Assembly (NCBI GenBank): GCA_903851045.1
Contig: CAINNF010000009.1
Span: 6,525-70,524 of the forward strand
Origin: Candidatus Adlerbacteria bacterium
GTDB taxonomy: Bacteria; Patescibacteriota; Minisyncoccia; Phycocordibacterales; SBAW01
Reading direction: 5' to 3'
Length of the DNA: 64,000 bases
Positions 41,627 to 51,291 of this stretch are shown here, piece by piece. The translations under genes were made by a program, and so were the position numbers. The notes under the pieces are model-generated. The model did not search any database. It was not told where the DNA came from and was given only the letters and a program-made list of their open reading frames with translations. Position 1 is the first letter of the stretch. The number at the start of each line of letters is the position of its first letter.

Positions 41627-43552
41627 CTACATCTCCTCTGGGGCGGGAATGCCCAGGAGGTGGAGGCCCTTCCCCATCGTGTTGGCGAAGGCTTCGGTGA
41701 GGAGCAAACCGTACTCTTCGTCTTTGCTCCCTATCACGCGACCGCTGGCGTACCAGGAATTAAAAAGTGAGGCGAGTTCGGTGAGGTAGGTGGTGATGTA
41801 GTGCGGCTCGAGCTCGCCGACGGAACGTGTCACTACTTCAGAGAAATGCAGAAGTACACGTTCGAGGGAGCCGGCCGGTGGCGTATTGTATGCTTCCGCT
41901 GGGCCCGTTGTTGACGCTGCATCATCCAACACGCCACCGGCCGGCACCGGGGACTCCGATTTCGCAGCGTCCCTGTGATGACCTGCAGCGGAGACATCGA
42001 AGTCCCCGGCGCCGTTTGCAGATCTTTTAGCAGCGCGCAACAACGATAGCGCGCGAGTGTGCGCATACTGCAAGTACGGCCCTGAGTCGCCTTCTATAGA
42101 GAGTGACTTCTCGGGGTCAAAGACGATATCCTTGCCGCTCCCCTGCTTGAGCACCGCATACTTGATAGCGCCGACGGCAATTTGCTGTGCCGTCATCTCC
42201 GGGTCCTTCAAATTGCGCTCACCGATCTTCACCTTCGCCGCATCCTGCAAATCTGCGAGAAGCGACTCGCCCGTGATGACATTGCCTTTGCGCGACGACA
42301 TCTTCCCCTCGGCAAAACGCATCATGCCATGGGAGACATGCGTCGTCTTGTCCGCGACATCCTTCACCTCAGGAATTTCCCGAGCCGCCGCGAGCATCAC
42401 CTTAAAATATTCGTTCTGTTCGTTGGCAGTAATAGTGATAGAGAGATCAAAATCCGCTGCTTCTTTTTTAAGCTGCAACAGTCCTAAGTCTTTTGCTTCG
42501 TAGGTTGGATTACCCTGCGATGTTATGAACACTCGAGTATGAAGCCCAACCTTCTCGCCAGGAAAAACAATAGCGCCGTTGCTTTCTTGAAAAACATCGC
42601 CAACATGCTCGCGCACAAGCGCTGAGCCTTTCGGGAAAGACTTGCTTTCAAAAAAATAGAAATCGAATTTTGTACCAAGCGCTTTATAGATTTCTTCAAA
42701 GTGTGCAAGGCTTAGTCTTTTGCCAGCTTCGTATATGTTTGAAATCAGAGTCTCTCTAGGATCATTTATTGGTTCATCAGCTAGAATTTTATATATAAAA
42801 CCATTTATTTTATCTATTTCTATCTTTTTTTCTGGATCAGTTTCATAGGCAGTAGCACCTAAGACATACCACTTACCGAGTAATTGGGCGGGCTTTTCTG
42901 TTGTTAATCCTACTTGAAGGATATTCCCAATCTGCTCCATGTCTTCTTGAGAAGCACCCCAAATAGCCTTCGCCACATGTGGACCAACATCGCCTTGGTA
43001 GTTCGCACGGATGACCTTCGCGCCCGCTTGTTCGAGGATGCGCGCGATCGACTCGCCGATGGTGTTGCTCATCAGGTGGCCGATATGGAACTCCTTGAAT
43101 GGGTTCGGGTCGGTATACTCGACCATCACGGTCTGGCCGTCGACGTCGGAGAGGATCTTTGGGAACTCACCCTTAGCAGCCTTCGCCACTTCTCCCACTA
43201 TCGCATCGCGCGTAAGGAAGAAGTTGATAAAGCCAGGCCCCGCGATTTCGATCTTCGCAACTCCTCCAAAAGAAACTTTCTGAAGAAAATAGTCTGGCCC
43301 GCCTGGCTGGCCGCCAGCCTGGACGGGAGACCCGAGGACTTTTTTGGAAGAAAGTTTCTTTTGAAGGAGTTCTCGCACCATCTCCGCCACCGCGCGCGGA
43401 GGCTTGCCGAGGTGCTTGGCCGCCGCGAGCGCAGCGTTGGTAGCGTAGTCACCGTGCGAGAGGTCGCCCGGGCGCTCCACCACAAAAGCCGCATCGGTCA
43501 CTCCGAGCTCGGCGAGGGCATGTTCTATAGCTTGTGCAATCTCCTGCTGCAT
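41627..43552 (-). CDS. argS: Arginyl-tRNA synthetase
   Basis: 'HIGHLMSNTIGESIARIL' and the C-terminal DALR domain ending 'GLHLLGIPAPEEM'. It has a low-complexity insert of about 45 aa near the DALR domain. Confidence 0.9.
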   Translation of the reverse strand: MQQEIAQAIEHALAELGVTDAAFVVERPGDLSHGDYATNAALAAAKHLGKPPRAVAEMVRELLQKKLSSKKVLGSPVQAGGQPGGPDYFLQKVSFGGVAKIEIAGPGFINFFLTRDAIVGEVAKAAKGEFPKILSDVDGQTVMVEYTDPNPFKEFHIGHLMSNTIGESIARILEQAGAKVIRANYQGDVGPHVAKAIWGASQEDMEQIGNILQVGLTTEKPAQLLGKWYVLGATAYETDPEKKIEIDKINGFIYKILADEPINDPRETLISNIYEAGKRLSLAHFEEIYKALGTKFDFYFFESKSFPKGSALVREHVGDVFQESNGAIVFPGEKVGLHTRVFITSQGNPTYEAKDLGLLQLKKEAADFDLSITITANEQNEYFKVMLAAAREIPEVKDVADKTTHVSHGMMRFAEGKMSSRKGNVITGESLLADLQDAAKVKIGERNLKDPEMTAQQIAVGAIKYAVLKQGSGKDIVFDPEKSLSIEGDSGPYLQYAHTRALSLLRAAKRSANGAGDFDVSAAGHHRDAAKSESPVPAGGVLDDAASTTGPAEAYNTPPAGSLERVLLHFSEVVTRSVGELEPHYITTYLTELASLFNSWYASGRVIGSKDEEYGLLLTEAFANTMGKGLHLLGIPAPEEM

Positions 43553-43606
43553 GTGTCCCTACAGTAGCAGAAATGAGGCTATATAAAAAGTAAGGTACGA
43601 CTATGT

Positions 43607-44701
43607 CTACAGTGACGAGGATGTGAGCGCGGGTGGCGTGCCGACTTGGGCGCTAAAGGCTATGCGACCGATGAGCTGGCCTCGAGAGGTTTCGACGTTG
43701 CAGCGCCATTGTCCCGGGGTGAGTACCTCGGTGCTCCACCCACGATACCCTTCTGCTCTGCCGCCACTGATCGGGAAGGAGAAGGTCGACTGGAGCTCCC
43801 ACTTACCAGTGTCGGTATCGTACTTCTCCCACGTGTGGACGATCGGTGTCGTGAGGCTGCCGGGCGCGAAGACCGCGCTAAAACAATATGCCTCGCTACC
43901 AGATGTGTAGGTGTAGGTCGACGCCGTATCGCGCCAAAAGACGTACCACGCGGGCGCCTCGTACATACCCACATAGTCGCCCGACGGTAGTTTCGAAATA
44001 GAGTGATAAACGCCAATCCCCTTGATCGACAACGGCACAGGCGGGATGATGTTGAGGAAGTAGAGACCGCTAAAGATGATGAAGATGCATCCGGCGATGA
44101 ACCCCACCTCGAGCACCTGCTTCTTGTCGCGCGCACGGAACGCTGCGACCGACAGTATCCACAAAAAGATACTGATGACACCAAGACTGATAGCGCCGCT
44201 TATCACAAACACTTGCGCGCCGATAGCATGCAGCAGGAACGTGGGCACCGCTATGATGCAGTACGTTAGCAGCAGGAAGTAGTAGATGGCGATGTTGAGT
44301 CGCAACAGTTGATACCGTCCCTTGAGGAAATCGTTCCCCAGCGCGAACGCCGCGAGCAATACCACGAAGAGAAAGCTGCCGCCCAGGGTGCCGCTTTTCC
44401 CGTACAGTATCAGCAGGTTGTTCGCAAGGCCACCGAAGCAGAATTGGAGAACAAGCAGGAGCGCGAGCGGCTCGACCGGATGTTGCTTCTCCTCCTGTCG
44501 ACGCGACTGACGCACGTTGAGGAGTATGATGACCGCACCGCAGATAAAGAGGTACGTGAGCAGCAAGATATTGTCGACGACACTATCGGGCCGCTTCGCG
44601 AGGTACAGGTCGAACGCAAACCCCGTCACCAAACCGACAAAGTTGATGATACGTGAATGCTTCTCCCACAACATGAGGAGCCTCTTCCCAAGACCTTTCA
44701 T
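43607..44701 (-). CDS. Polytopic membrane protein with a C-terminal extracellular beta-rich domain, hypothetical
   Basis: 364 aa, about seven TM helices, then a soluble roughly 120-aa tail. Confidence 0.6.
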   Translation of the reverse strand: MKGLGKRLLMLWEKHSRIINFVGLVTGFAFDLYLAKRPDSVVDNILLLTYLFICGAVIILLNVRQSRRQEEKQHPVEPLALLLVLQFCFGGLANNLLILYGKSGTLGGSFLFVVLLAAFALGNDFLKGRYQLLRLNIAIYYFLLLTYCIIAVPTFLLHAIGAQVFVISGAISLGVISIFLWILSVAAFRARDKKQVLEVGFIAGCIFIIFSGLYFLNIIPPVPLSIKGIGVYHSISKLPSGDYVGMYEAPAWYVFWRDTASTYTYTSGSEAYCFSAVFAPGSLTTPIVHTWEKYDTDTGKWELQSTFSFPISGGRAEGYRGWSTEVLTPGQWRCNVETSRGQLIGRIAFSAQVGTPPALTSSSL

Positions 44702-44725
44702 GCGCTTAGTATACCTCTTTTATGA

Positions 44726-45988
44726 TTACACGAATGTATCGGGGATTGGGAACTTCGCGCACAAATCTTTTATTTCTTGGTGCACCGCTTTGAGCGTCAC
44801 TTCGTCATCCTTCCCTTGCAGCGCCTGGAGCATCAACTCGGCGACTCGGGTACTCTCCTTCTCGGTGAATCCGCGCGTCGTGATGGCGGGTGTGCCGAAG
44901 CGGATACCAGAGGGGTCCATAGGTGAGCGCGTGTCGTCGGCGATAACGTTCTTGTTGAGCGTGATGCCGACAGTGTCGAGGACCTTCTCCGCCACCTTGC
45001 CGGGGATAGCGAGCGAGCCGAAGACGTCGGCAAGAATAAGATGGTTGCTGGTGCCGCCGCCGAGCATGCGCACGTTGTTGGCTTTGAACACCGCCTCCAT
45101 GGCTTTGGCGTTCGTAAGGATCTGCGCCGCGTACGTTTGGAACGACGGGTGCAGTGCTTCGCTGAAGGCGACCGCCTTGGCGGCGATGACATGCATCAGC
45201 GGCCCACCCTGGAGCCCAGGGAAGATTGCTTTGTCTATCTTCTTGGCAAGCTCCTCAGATTCGCGCGTGAGGATTATACCGCCGCGCGGGCCCCGGAGCG
45301 TCTTGTGCGTCGTGGAGGTCATGATGTCGAAGCCGTAATCGAAGGGGTTCTTTGCCGCCTTGCCCGCGATGAGTCCCGCGATATGAGCGGCGTCGATGAC
45401 CGCGTAGGCACCGACCTCGCGCGCGATGGCGACGAACTTCGCGTAGTCGAGCTCGCGCGAGTAGGCGGAAAATCCGGCCAAAATAATCTTCGGCTTGTGC
45501 GCCTTCGCGACCGCGAGCATGTCGTCGTAGTCGATTTCACCCGTCTCAACATCCTTCATTTTGTAGCGGACAAAGTTGAAGAACTTGGTGATATAGGTCA
45601 CCGGGTGGCCGTGCGTCAGATGGCCGCCGTGGGAGAGATCCATTCCGAGCACGGTGTCACCCGGTTGGAGCAAAGCGAAGTACATACCGATATTTGCGTT
45701 AGCGCCCGAGTGCGGCTGCACATTGGCGAACGATGCGCCGAACAATTTCTTCACGCGCTCGATAGCGAACGCCTCTGCTTGGTCGGTGAACTCCTGCCCG
45801 CCATAGTAGCGCCTCCCTGGGTACCCTTCGGCATACTTGTTGGTGAGAATGGAACCTTGCGCTTCGCGCACCGCTTTGGACACGTAATTCTCCGACGGAA
45901 TAAGCTCGAGCCCCTCTCGCTCACGGGTCTCCTCACCCTCCAGAGCGGCGAATAATTCCTTGTCTTGCTTTTTGATTGCGTCGTACAT
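44726..45988 (-). CDS. glyA: Serine hydroxymethyltransferase
   Basis: 'LELIPSENYVS', and the PLP-lysine region 'TTHKTLRGPRGG'. Confidence 0.95.
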   Translation of the reverse strand: MYDAIKKQDKELFAALEGEETREREGLELIPSENYVSKAVREAQGSILTNKYAEGYPGRRYYGGQEFTDQAEAFAIERVKKLFGASFANVQPHSGANANIGMYFALLQPGDTVLGMDLSHGGHLTHGHPVTYITKFFNFVRYKMKDVETGEIDYDDMLAVAKAHKPKIILAGFSAYSRELDYAKFVAIAREVGAYAVIDAAHIAGLIAGKAAKNPFDYGFDIMTSTTHKTLRGPRGGIILTRESEELAKKIDKAIFPGLQGGPLMHVIAAKAVAFSEALHPSFQTYAAQILTNAKAMEAVFKANNVRMLGGGTSNHLILADVFGSLAIPGKVAEKVLDTVGITLNKNVIADDTRSPMDPSGIRFGTPAITTRGFTEKESTRVAELMLQALQGKDDEVTLKAVHQEIKDLCAKFPIPDTFV

Positions 45989-46047
45989 AAAAAATATCTA
46001 GGTTAAAAAGTAATAACTGGTTGTACGAAACTTAAATCATATACGTA

Positions 46048-46476
46048 TTATATCCCGGTCGTGCCGAACCCGCCGCGGTCGGGCGTGTCGAGCGAGTCGA
46101 CCTCCTGCCACGACACACGGTCAAAGGGCAGTAGCATCATCTGCACCACACGTTCACCACGCTTCACCTCGACGGAAGCGTCAGTGAAGTTGTAGAGCGG
46201 CGCCTTGTATTCGTCCTGATCGCCCGAGTAGTCTTCGTCGCCGATACCGACCGCGTTGGCGGTCATGAGTCCCCGCTTATGGAGCGAGGAGCGCGCCGCC
46301 AAAAAAACGAAGTACCCCTTGGGTGGCTTCACGGCGATATTGAGCGACACCATCGCGACCGACTTCGCTGGCACGATGACATCCTCGCGCACCACACAAT
46401 CCATCGCCGCCGCACCGGTCGTTTTATACTCCGGCAGCGGCAACCCCTTGTCGAAGCGTTTTATCTGGACATCCAT
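46048..46476 (-). CDS. dut: dUTP diphosphatase
   Basis: 142 aa, 'GAAAMDCVV', 'ARSSLHKRG', and a C-terminal 'RGGFGTTG'. Confidence 0.9.
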   Translation of the reverse strand: MDVQIKRFDKGLPLPEYKTTGAAAMDCVVREDVIVPAKSVAMVSLNIAVKPPKGYFVFLAARSSLHKRGLMTANAVGIGDEDYSGDQDEYKAPLYNFTDASVEVKRGERVVQMMLLPFDRVSWQEVDSLDTPDRGGFGTTGI

Positions 46477-46571
46477 GTGGGTATTCTACTCCAGGACCCG
46501 AACAGCGCACACCATTGACTTGAGGGCGACATGAGCTATGCTAGCCCGTGGATGAAAGGGGGTGATATTGA

Positions 46572-46997
46572 GTGAATAGTATCCAAGCGTGGGTACCGTT
46601 GGCGTTTTTTGGTCAACTGCTTCCGTTCAATATGGAACTGATTAACGGAAACGCCACGATTCTGCGCGCCTGCGGTGCACAACTGAAAGATGGGAGCATT
46701 CTTCGTTCGCGAGAGTACATCCTTTTCGGACATGGTATAGCAACCATAGCACCACATGCAGCAGCACTCTCCTGCAGAGAAGTACTCGGCTACAACATGG
46801 ACTTCGAATGCAAGAGGGACAGACGGGGGGTTGTCTGCTTTGAGGTAAACGTCTCACGACCACAACGATCTCGAGAACCGTGGGAATTGTGCGTCTCAGA
46901 CGCAACACCCGAGACAAGCGAAGGGATACACATCATTAGACTTTGCTCCGTCGAAGGCGACCCAGGACAGTACTTCTATCTGTCCAGAATCGCTTAG
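46572..46997 (+). CDS. Hypothetical protein (weak call)
   Basis: An ORF in a lower-GC stretch with no recognisable motifs. Confidence 0.3.
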   Translation: MNSIQAWVPLAFFGQLLPFNMELINGNATILRACGAQLKDGSILRSREYILFGHGIATIAPHAAALSCREVLGYNMDFECKRDRRGVVCFEVNVSRPQRSREPWELCVSDATPETSEGIHIIRLCSVEGDPGQYFYLSRIA

Positions 46998-47107
46998 TCG
47001 ATAAATGCCTGCATCATAACCGAGGTAAAGTCGTCTTCCCCATGCAGCCCCAAAGGGGCTTTCCCTATGCGACGATCACCCTCCCTCACCCGAAGGGACT
47101 GATCGTC

Positions 47108-47599
47108 ATGCGTACACTTGTGTATATCTCCGGCGCTCTTTCAGATGTGCCGGCAGACATTCGAGACCACTACCTCACCTTCTACGAGTTGTTGGGGCAG
47201 GTGGTGGAAGTTGCGGGTCTCATGGCGTATGTGCCACACCAGAACACCGACCCGGTGCGACACAAGGATGTCACGCCAAGACAGGTCGACCTCATCGACC
47301 GCACCGCGGTCATGTCGTCGGTCTTGGTCGCCGCGGTCGTCGACAACCCGTCGCTCGGTGTCGGCATCGAGGTCGAGATGGCCTATCACGCCGCCAAACC
47401 GGTCGTGCTGCTGTGCCACCACGACCGTCTCGCGCAACGGCGCATTAGCCGCCTCGTCCGGGGCAACCCCGCAGTGGTGCACGAAATCGTGTACACCTCG
47501 CGGGAGGATGCGTTGGAGCAATTCGCCGAGTTCCTTCGTACGTTCCTGAGGGAGCAAACGGAGGGGATCCTGCCGCGGTCGCTTCAACCAACGAGATAA
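47108..47599 (+). CDS. Nucleoside 2-deoxyribosyltransferase-like protein (DNPH1/Rcl-like)
   Basis: 'VYISGALS...', 'VMSSVLVAAVVDNPSLGVGIEVEMAYHAAKPVVLL' matches the family core. The ATG at 47108 is preferred; the ORF track starts at 46943. Confidence 0.55.
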   Translation: MRTLVYISGALSDVPADIRDHYLTFYELLGQVVEVAGLMAYVPHQNTDPVRHKDVTPRQVDLIDRTAVMSSVLVAAVVDNPSLGVGIEVEMAYHAAKPVVLLCHHDRLAQRRISRLVRGNPAVVHEIVYTSREDALEQFAEFLRTFLREQTEGILPRSLQPTR

Positions 47600-47605
47600 T
47601 GTGCT

Positions 47606-47640
47606 GGGCCGCCTTCGACACCGAAGGCGGCCTTTTTTCT
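47606..47640 (+). terminator. Intrinsic terminator
   Basis: gggccgccttcg-acac-cgaaggcggcc-ttttttct. Confidence 0.7.
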
Positions 47641-47715
47641 TGTACCGTACAATTGCCTTTTCCAAACAAACACGTTAGGTTTGAGGTCGGCACCTTATGA
47701 AAGGAACGAGTCGCC

Positions 47716-48342
47716 ATGTGCGCTCATACGGACACCGCATCGCTCGAGTCTGAACTTACTCACTTGCCGGAGACATTCCCCGGATTGGAACAACTATCTG
47801 ACAACACCCTTTATCTGCTCAGCTGTCGTCATTTCGTACAGTTTTGCGGTACTTACCGGTCGATCATGAATCCGGCGGTGTTTTGTCTCTTCTGTAACTT
47901 CCGCGACTTGGTAGAACGCCAACCAATTCATCGGATCGGCGGGTGGTATGTGAAGCCGAGCGATTACAAGTACGACCACCACGAGCACCAGTTCGTTCTC
48001 TTCCCCGCCAGACACGTAACATCTCTACAGGAACTCACCGACCAAGACGCTATGGACCTACTCCGTCTGGAGCAGTGGTTGTACAAAGAATTCGATCTCG
48101 ACGGGTGTTCAAGCGTCATGCGATCGGGCAATCCGAGGAGACATGTCGGGACCGTTCCCCACATCCACAAACTGGTCAATGTCCCAGATGGACACGGACC
48201 AGCTATGGCGTATTTCGGAAAGACCATCGAACACTGGACTGCTGACTACCAAAGAATGCTGATATTCCTGGCCGAGATCGATCGTCGAGGTGGTCTGCCA
48301 TGGCTCCTCACCGATGGGGTCGTCATTGAGGATTTTGGCTAA
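47716..48342 (+). CDS. HIT/GalT-superfamily-like protein (divergent), monocistronic
   Basis: 'VFCLFCNFRDLVERQPIHRIGGWYVKPSDYKYDHHEHQFVLFPARHV' resembles a HIT N-terminal half-barrel, followed by a degenerate His motif 'VPHIHKLV'. Confidence 0.45.
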   Translation: MCAHTDTASLESELTHLPETFPGLEQLSDNTLYLLSCRHFVQFCGTYRSIMNPAVFCLFCNFRDLVERQPIHRIGGWYVKPSDYKYDHHEHQFVLFPARHVTSLQELTDQDAMDLLRLEQWLYKEFDLDGCSSVMRSGNPRRHVGTVPHIHKLVNVPDGHGPAMAYFGKTIEHWTADYQRMLIFLAEIDRRGGLPWLLTDGVVIEDFG

Positions 48343-48357
48343 TCGACCTTACGACAA

Positions 48358-48390
48358 GCGCCCGCCATCACCGGCGGGCTTTTCTTTTTC
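48358..48390 (+). terminator. Intrinsic terminator
   Basis: gcgcccgcc-atcacc-ggcgggc-ttttctttttc. Confidence 0.7.
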
Positions 48391-48417
48391 GAATGTGGGA
48401 ATGGTATCATTGGCCGC

Positions 48418-49308
48418 ATGAAACCATACGCCGAGCGCACGCCCGATTATCAGTATCGTCAATTACTGGAGCGGATCATGAACGAAGGTCGCGACACCAT
48501 GCCCATACATGGCATTGGTGCACGTGGCGTGGTCGGGCACCAAATCCGCTACACGATGGAGAACGGCTTTCCGCTCATGACCGAGCGCGACTTGGCACGC
48601 ACCTTCCCCGGCGCACTGGGCGAACACATCGGCTTTCTCAACGGTGCACGAACGCTCGAGGATCTCAAAAAATATGGCATGCCCGCGATATTTTGGGACC
48701 GGTGGGTCACCAAGGAGAAGTGCGAGATTTTCGGGCTGCCCGAAGGTGACCTTGGTGACGGTTCCTATGGCGCCGCCTGGGGCAGCTTCCCCACTAAAGA
48801 GGGCGAGCCGTTCAACCAGATCGCGCACGTGGTGCAGCAGATCAAAGAGCGACCCTATTTGCGCACGCACTTCGTGTCACCATGGATACCGCAGTACACG
48901 CTCCAACACGAAGGTCTGACGCGCAAAGTCGTCGTGGCGCCGTGCCATGGATGGATGCATATCTTCACTTACCCCGACACGAAAGAGTTGGTCATCCACC
49001 ACTTCCAGCGCAGCGCCGATGTGCCGATCGGTGTCGTCTCCAACATCGTACAGTATGCGGCGTTCGGTATGATGCTCGGCCAGGTCATCGGGTATACCAT
49101 GAAGGAGTTGGTGCATACGTTCTCGGACGCACACATCTACCACAACCAGTTCGACGCGGTGCAAGAACTTCTTGCGCGCGAACCAAAGCCCTTCCCCACC
49201 GTGACGCTTGACCCGACCATCACCAACATATTCGACTTTCGCCCGTCTCACTTCACACTTACCGATTACGAACCACACCCCAAAATGGTCATACCGACCG
49301 CGATATAG
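48418..49308 (+). CDS. thyA: Thymidylate synthase (ThyA family, divergent)
   Basis: Catalytic 'VVAPCHGW', 'FQRSADVPIGVVSNIVQY' (R166/S167/D169/N177 equivalents), 'SDAHIYHNQ', and a folA gene nearby. The N-terminal Arg-loop (RTGTGT) is not conserved. Confidence 0.8.
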   Translation: MKPYAERTPDYQYRQLLERIMNEGRDTMPIHGIGARGVVGHQIRYTMENGFPLMTERDLARTFPGALGEHIGFLNGARTLEDLKKYGMPAIFWDRWVTKEKCEIFGLPEGDLGDGSYGAAWGSFPTKEGEPFNQIAHVVQQIKERPYLRTHFVSPWIPQYTLQHEGLTRKVVVAPCHGWMHIFTYPDTKELVIHHFQRSADVPIGVVSNIVQYAAFGMMLGQVIGYTMKELVHTFSDAHIYHNQFDAVQELLAREPKPFPTVTLDPTITNIFDFRPSHFTLTDYEPHPKMVIPTAI

Positions 49309-49310
49309 CT

Positions 49311-49793
49311 ATGAGAAAAAAAGATTTCGTCGACATCAAGGCCGCTGGGGACCGAGTCGAATACGCAACGGTGCTTACAAAGATCAAGAAGGATGGGGTA
49401 TGTCCGTTCTGCCCCGAACACTTCAAGTACCATACGCGCCCGATACTACGCGATGGGAAGTATTGGCTCGCGACCGAGAACATGGCTCCGTACACGGGGA
49501 CGAAACACCACTTCTTACTCCTACACAAAAAACATATCGAACATGTGACTGACATCTCGCCCAAGGCGTGGCAAGAACTCCTCTCACAGATACAGTGGCT
49601 GTGTGAGACGTACAAACTTCCTGCAGGGAGCTTCTTTATGCGATTCGGCGATAAGCGATACACTGGCGCGAGCGTCACCCAACACCTCCATGCACAGATG
49701 TTTATCGGCTCCCCAAAAAGCAAAAAGACCTACCCACTCACTCCTATACTTGGGTACAGCACTAAAAAATACGTCCCGCCGCAGAAAAGCTAA
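49311..49793 (+). CDS. HIT/GalT-like nucleotide hydrolase or transferase with an H-x-H-x-Q motif
   Basis: 'CPFCPEH...' Cys pair and 'TQHLHAQMF' (H-phi-H-phi-Q). Its start lies 2 nt after the thyA stop. Confidence 0.5.
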   Translation: MRKKDFVDIKAAGDRVEYATVLTKIKKDGVCPFCPEHFKYHTRPILRDGKYWLATENMAPYTGTKHHFLLLHKKHIEHVTDISPKAWQELLSQIQWLCETYKLPAGSFFMRFGDKRYTGASVTQHLHAQMFIGSPKSKKTYPLTPILGYSTKKYVPPQKS

Positions 49794-50641
49794 AGCCCCT
49801 GCACAAGGATGATCTCTACGCCAGCGTTTTTAAGGATCCCTTCCGCATCGAGACGCGAGTACCCTTGCGCGTAATACACATGTGAAATGCCTGAGCGCGC
49901 GATGAGGAATGCGCAGTTGATACAGGGGAAGGTGCTCGAATAGAGCGCTGCCCCGACGAGCGACACCCCTTCGCGAGCAGCTCGCGCGACTATACCAGCC
50001 TCCGCATGCATCGAAATGTAGAGGTCAGGACGCTCGCCGAAGTCGACCGTCGTGCGCGGTGTACCAAAAATGTCGAGCGCGAGGTCCGAAGGAAAGTATG
50101 CGATGTGCGATGCAAATACGAGGACCTTGTCCCTCACCAACACCGCGCCTATCTGCCGCCACCAGTCGGCACTCTTCTCTCCCTCGTGCACAGCGGCGCG
50201 CATGAACGTGCGGTCGAGCTCCTCCACCGAGACGGTGCGGTCGGGTGGCACCTCGTTCTCTTTGTTGGAGAACACGCCATCCCAACGTAGGAATATGTTC
50301 TGCAGTGTCACCGAGGCGTCCCGTGGTATGTGTTTTTCGGCGAAGTCTCGTGACACATCCTCGTCGGGGAGGACGATCTGTCCGAACGGAGACAACACTT
50401 CGACATCGGCAAGTTCGATGACCGACGCCTGATACCCGAGCGACCGAAGAGCGGCGACGGCGCTCATAGGGTCGAGCGCGCGGATGTCTCGGTTCAGCCG
50501 CGGATACGCATCGATGAAACTCTTCCCTAATACGAAGACGGTGGCGCCGGGGTGCGCGTTGAAAAAAGAGATATACCCCGCATGGAGCGCTGGCACGTAT
50601 GCGACGATCGCTTTATTGATTATGGAATTTGTCGAGTGCAT
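49790..50641 (-). CDS. dCMP/cytidine deaminase domain (C-terminal) fused to an uncharacterised N-terminal domain of about 140 aa
   Basis: Zn-binding 'SMHAEAG' and 'TFPCINCA' lie in the C-terminal 140 aa. The N-terminal half has no recognised motif. It overlaps the upstream gene by 29 nt. Confidence 0.7.
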   Translation of the reverse strand: MHSTNSIINKAIVAYVPALHAGYISFFNAHPGATVFVLGKSFIDAYPRLNRDIRALDPMSAVAALRSLGYQASVIELADVEVLSPFGQIVLPDEDVSRDFAEKHIPRDASVTLQNIFLRWDGVFSNKENEVPPDRTVSVEELDRTFMRAAVHEGEKSADWWRQIGAVLVRDKVLVFASHIAYFPSDLALDIFGTPRTTVDFGERPDLYISMHAEAGIVARAAREGVSLVGAALYSSTFPCINCAFLIARSGISHVYYAQGYSRLDAEGILKNAGVEIILVQGL

Positions 50642-51227
50642 TTTTTACTACTTGCGGGATACCGTGCATGATCTCCCCCGCCAACTGGTCCGCACCGTTG
50701 ATGGTGAGTAGTCGGATCCGCGCGGTCGTCGAGGTCGTCGCCTGTGGCGGCAACACGACTATCTCTCCGCACAGCTGCGTATATAGATCTGCCTCTTTTT
50801 TTCCGAAATCGGCGGTCGACTCCGATGTGATGAGCACGTGCGGCTTAACCACCTCTATGAGGTGCCCGATAGGATGATGCGAGTAGCGAAGCGTGAGGAT
50901 GCTGACCGAACGCAGATGTGCGAGCATTTGCAGTCGCTCCGCTTCCGGTACCACCGGCCGCTGTGGACCCTTTCGCTTTCGCGTGAGCTCGTCGGAATCG
51001 ACGCCGACCACGAGTAGGTCTCCGTAGGAGAGCGCCTTCTCGAGGTAGCGGGCGTGACCTTCATGCAACAAATCGTACACCCCCTGGGTCAGCACGAGAC
51101 GATACCCCATTCGCTTGAGATCATCGACGACTTGTCCCAATTCGGTATAGTCAGGAATATAGCGGTCCGCAAGGTTCGACCCCGAGGAAAGGATGTTCTT
51201 GATCGTCACCCGTTGTATGGTCGGCAT
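50613..51227 (-). CDS. Cytidylyltransferase-like nucleotidyltransferase (HldE domain II / TagD-like)
   Basis: 'LTQGVYDLLHEGHARYLEKA' (H-x-G-H) and 'LLVVGVDSDELTRKRKGPQRPVVPEAER'. The ATG at 51227 is preferred; the ORF track extends to 51440. Confidence 0.65.
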   Translation of the reverse strand: MPTIQRVTIKNILSSGSNLADRYIPDYTELGQVVDDLKRMGYRLVLTQGVYDLLHEGHARYLEKALSYGDLLVVGVDSDELTRKRKGPQRPVVPEAERLQMLAHLRSVSILTLRYSHHPIGHLIEVVKPHVLITSESTADFGKKEADLYTQLCGEIVVLPPQATTSTTARIRLLTINGADQLAGEIMHGIPQVVKNALDKFHNQ

Positions 51228-51291
51228 GACGTAATGAAACCATGCCCCAATTCGCTTTGCAAACTTCCCAACCAAAGGACATACTGTCCGT

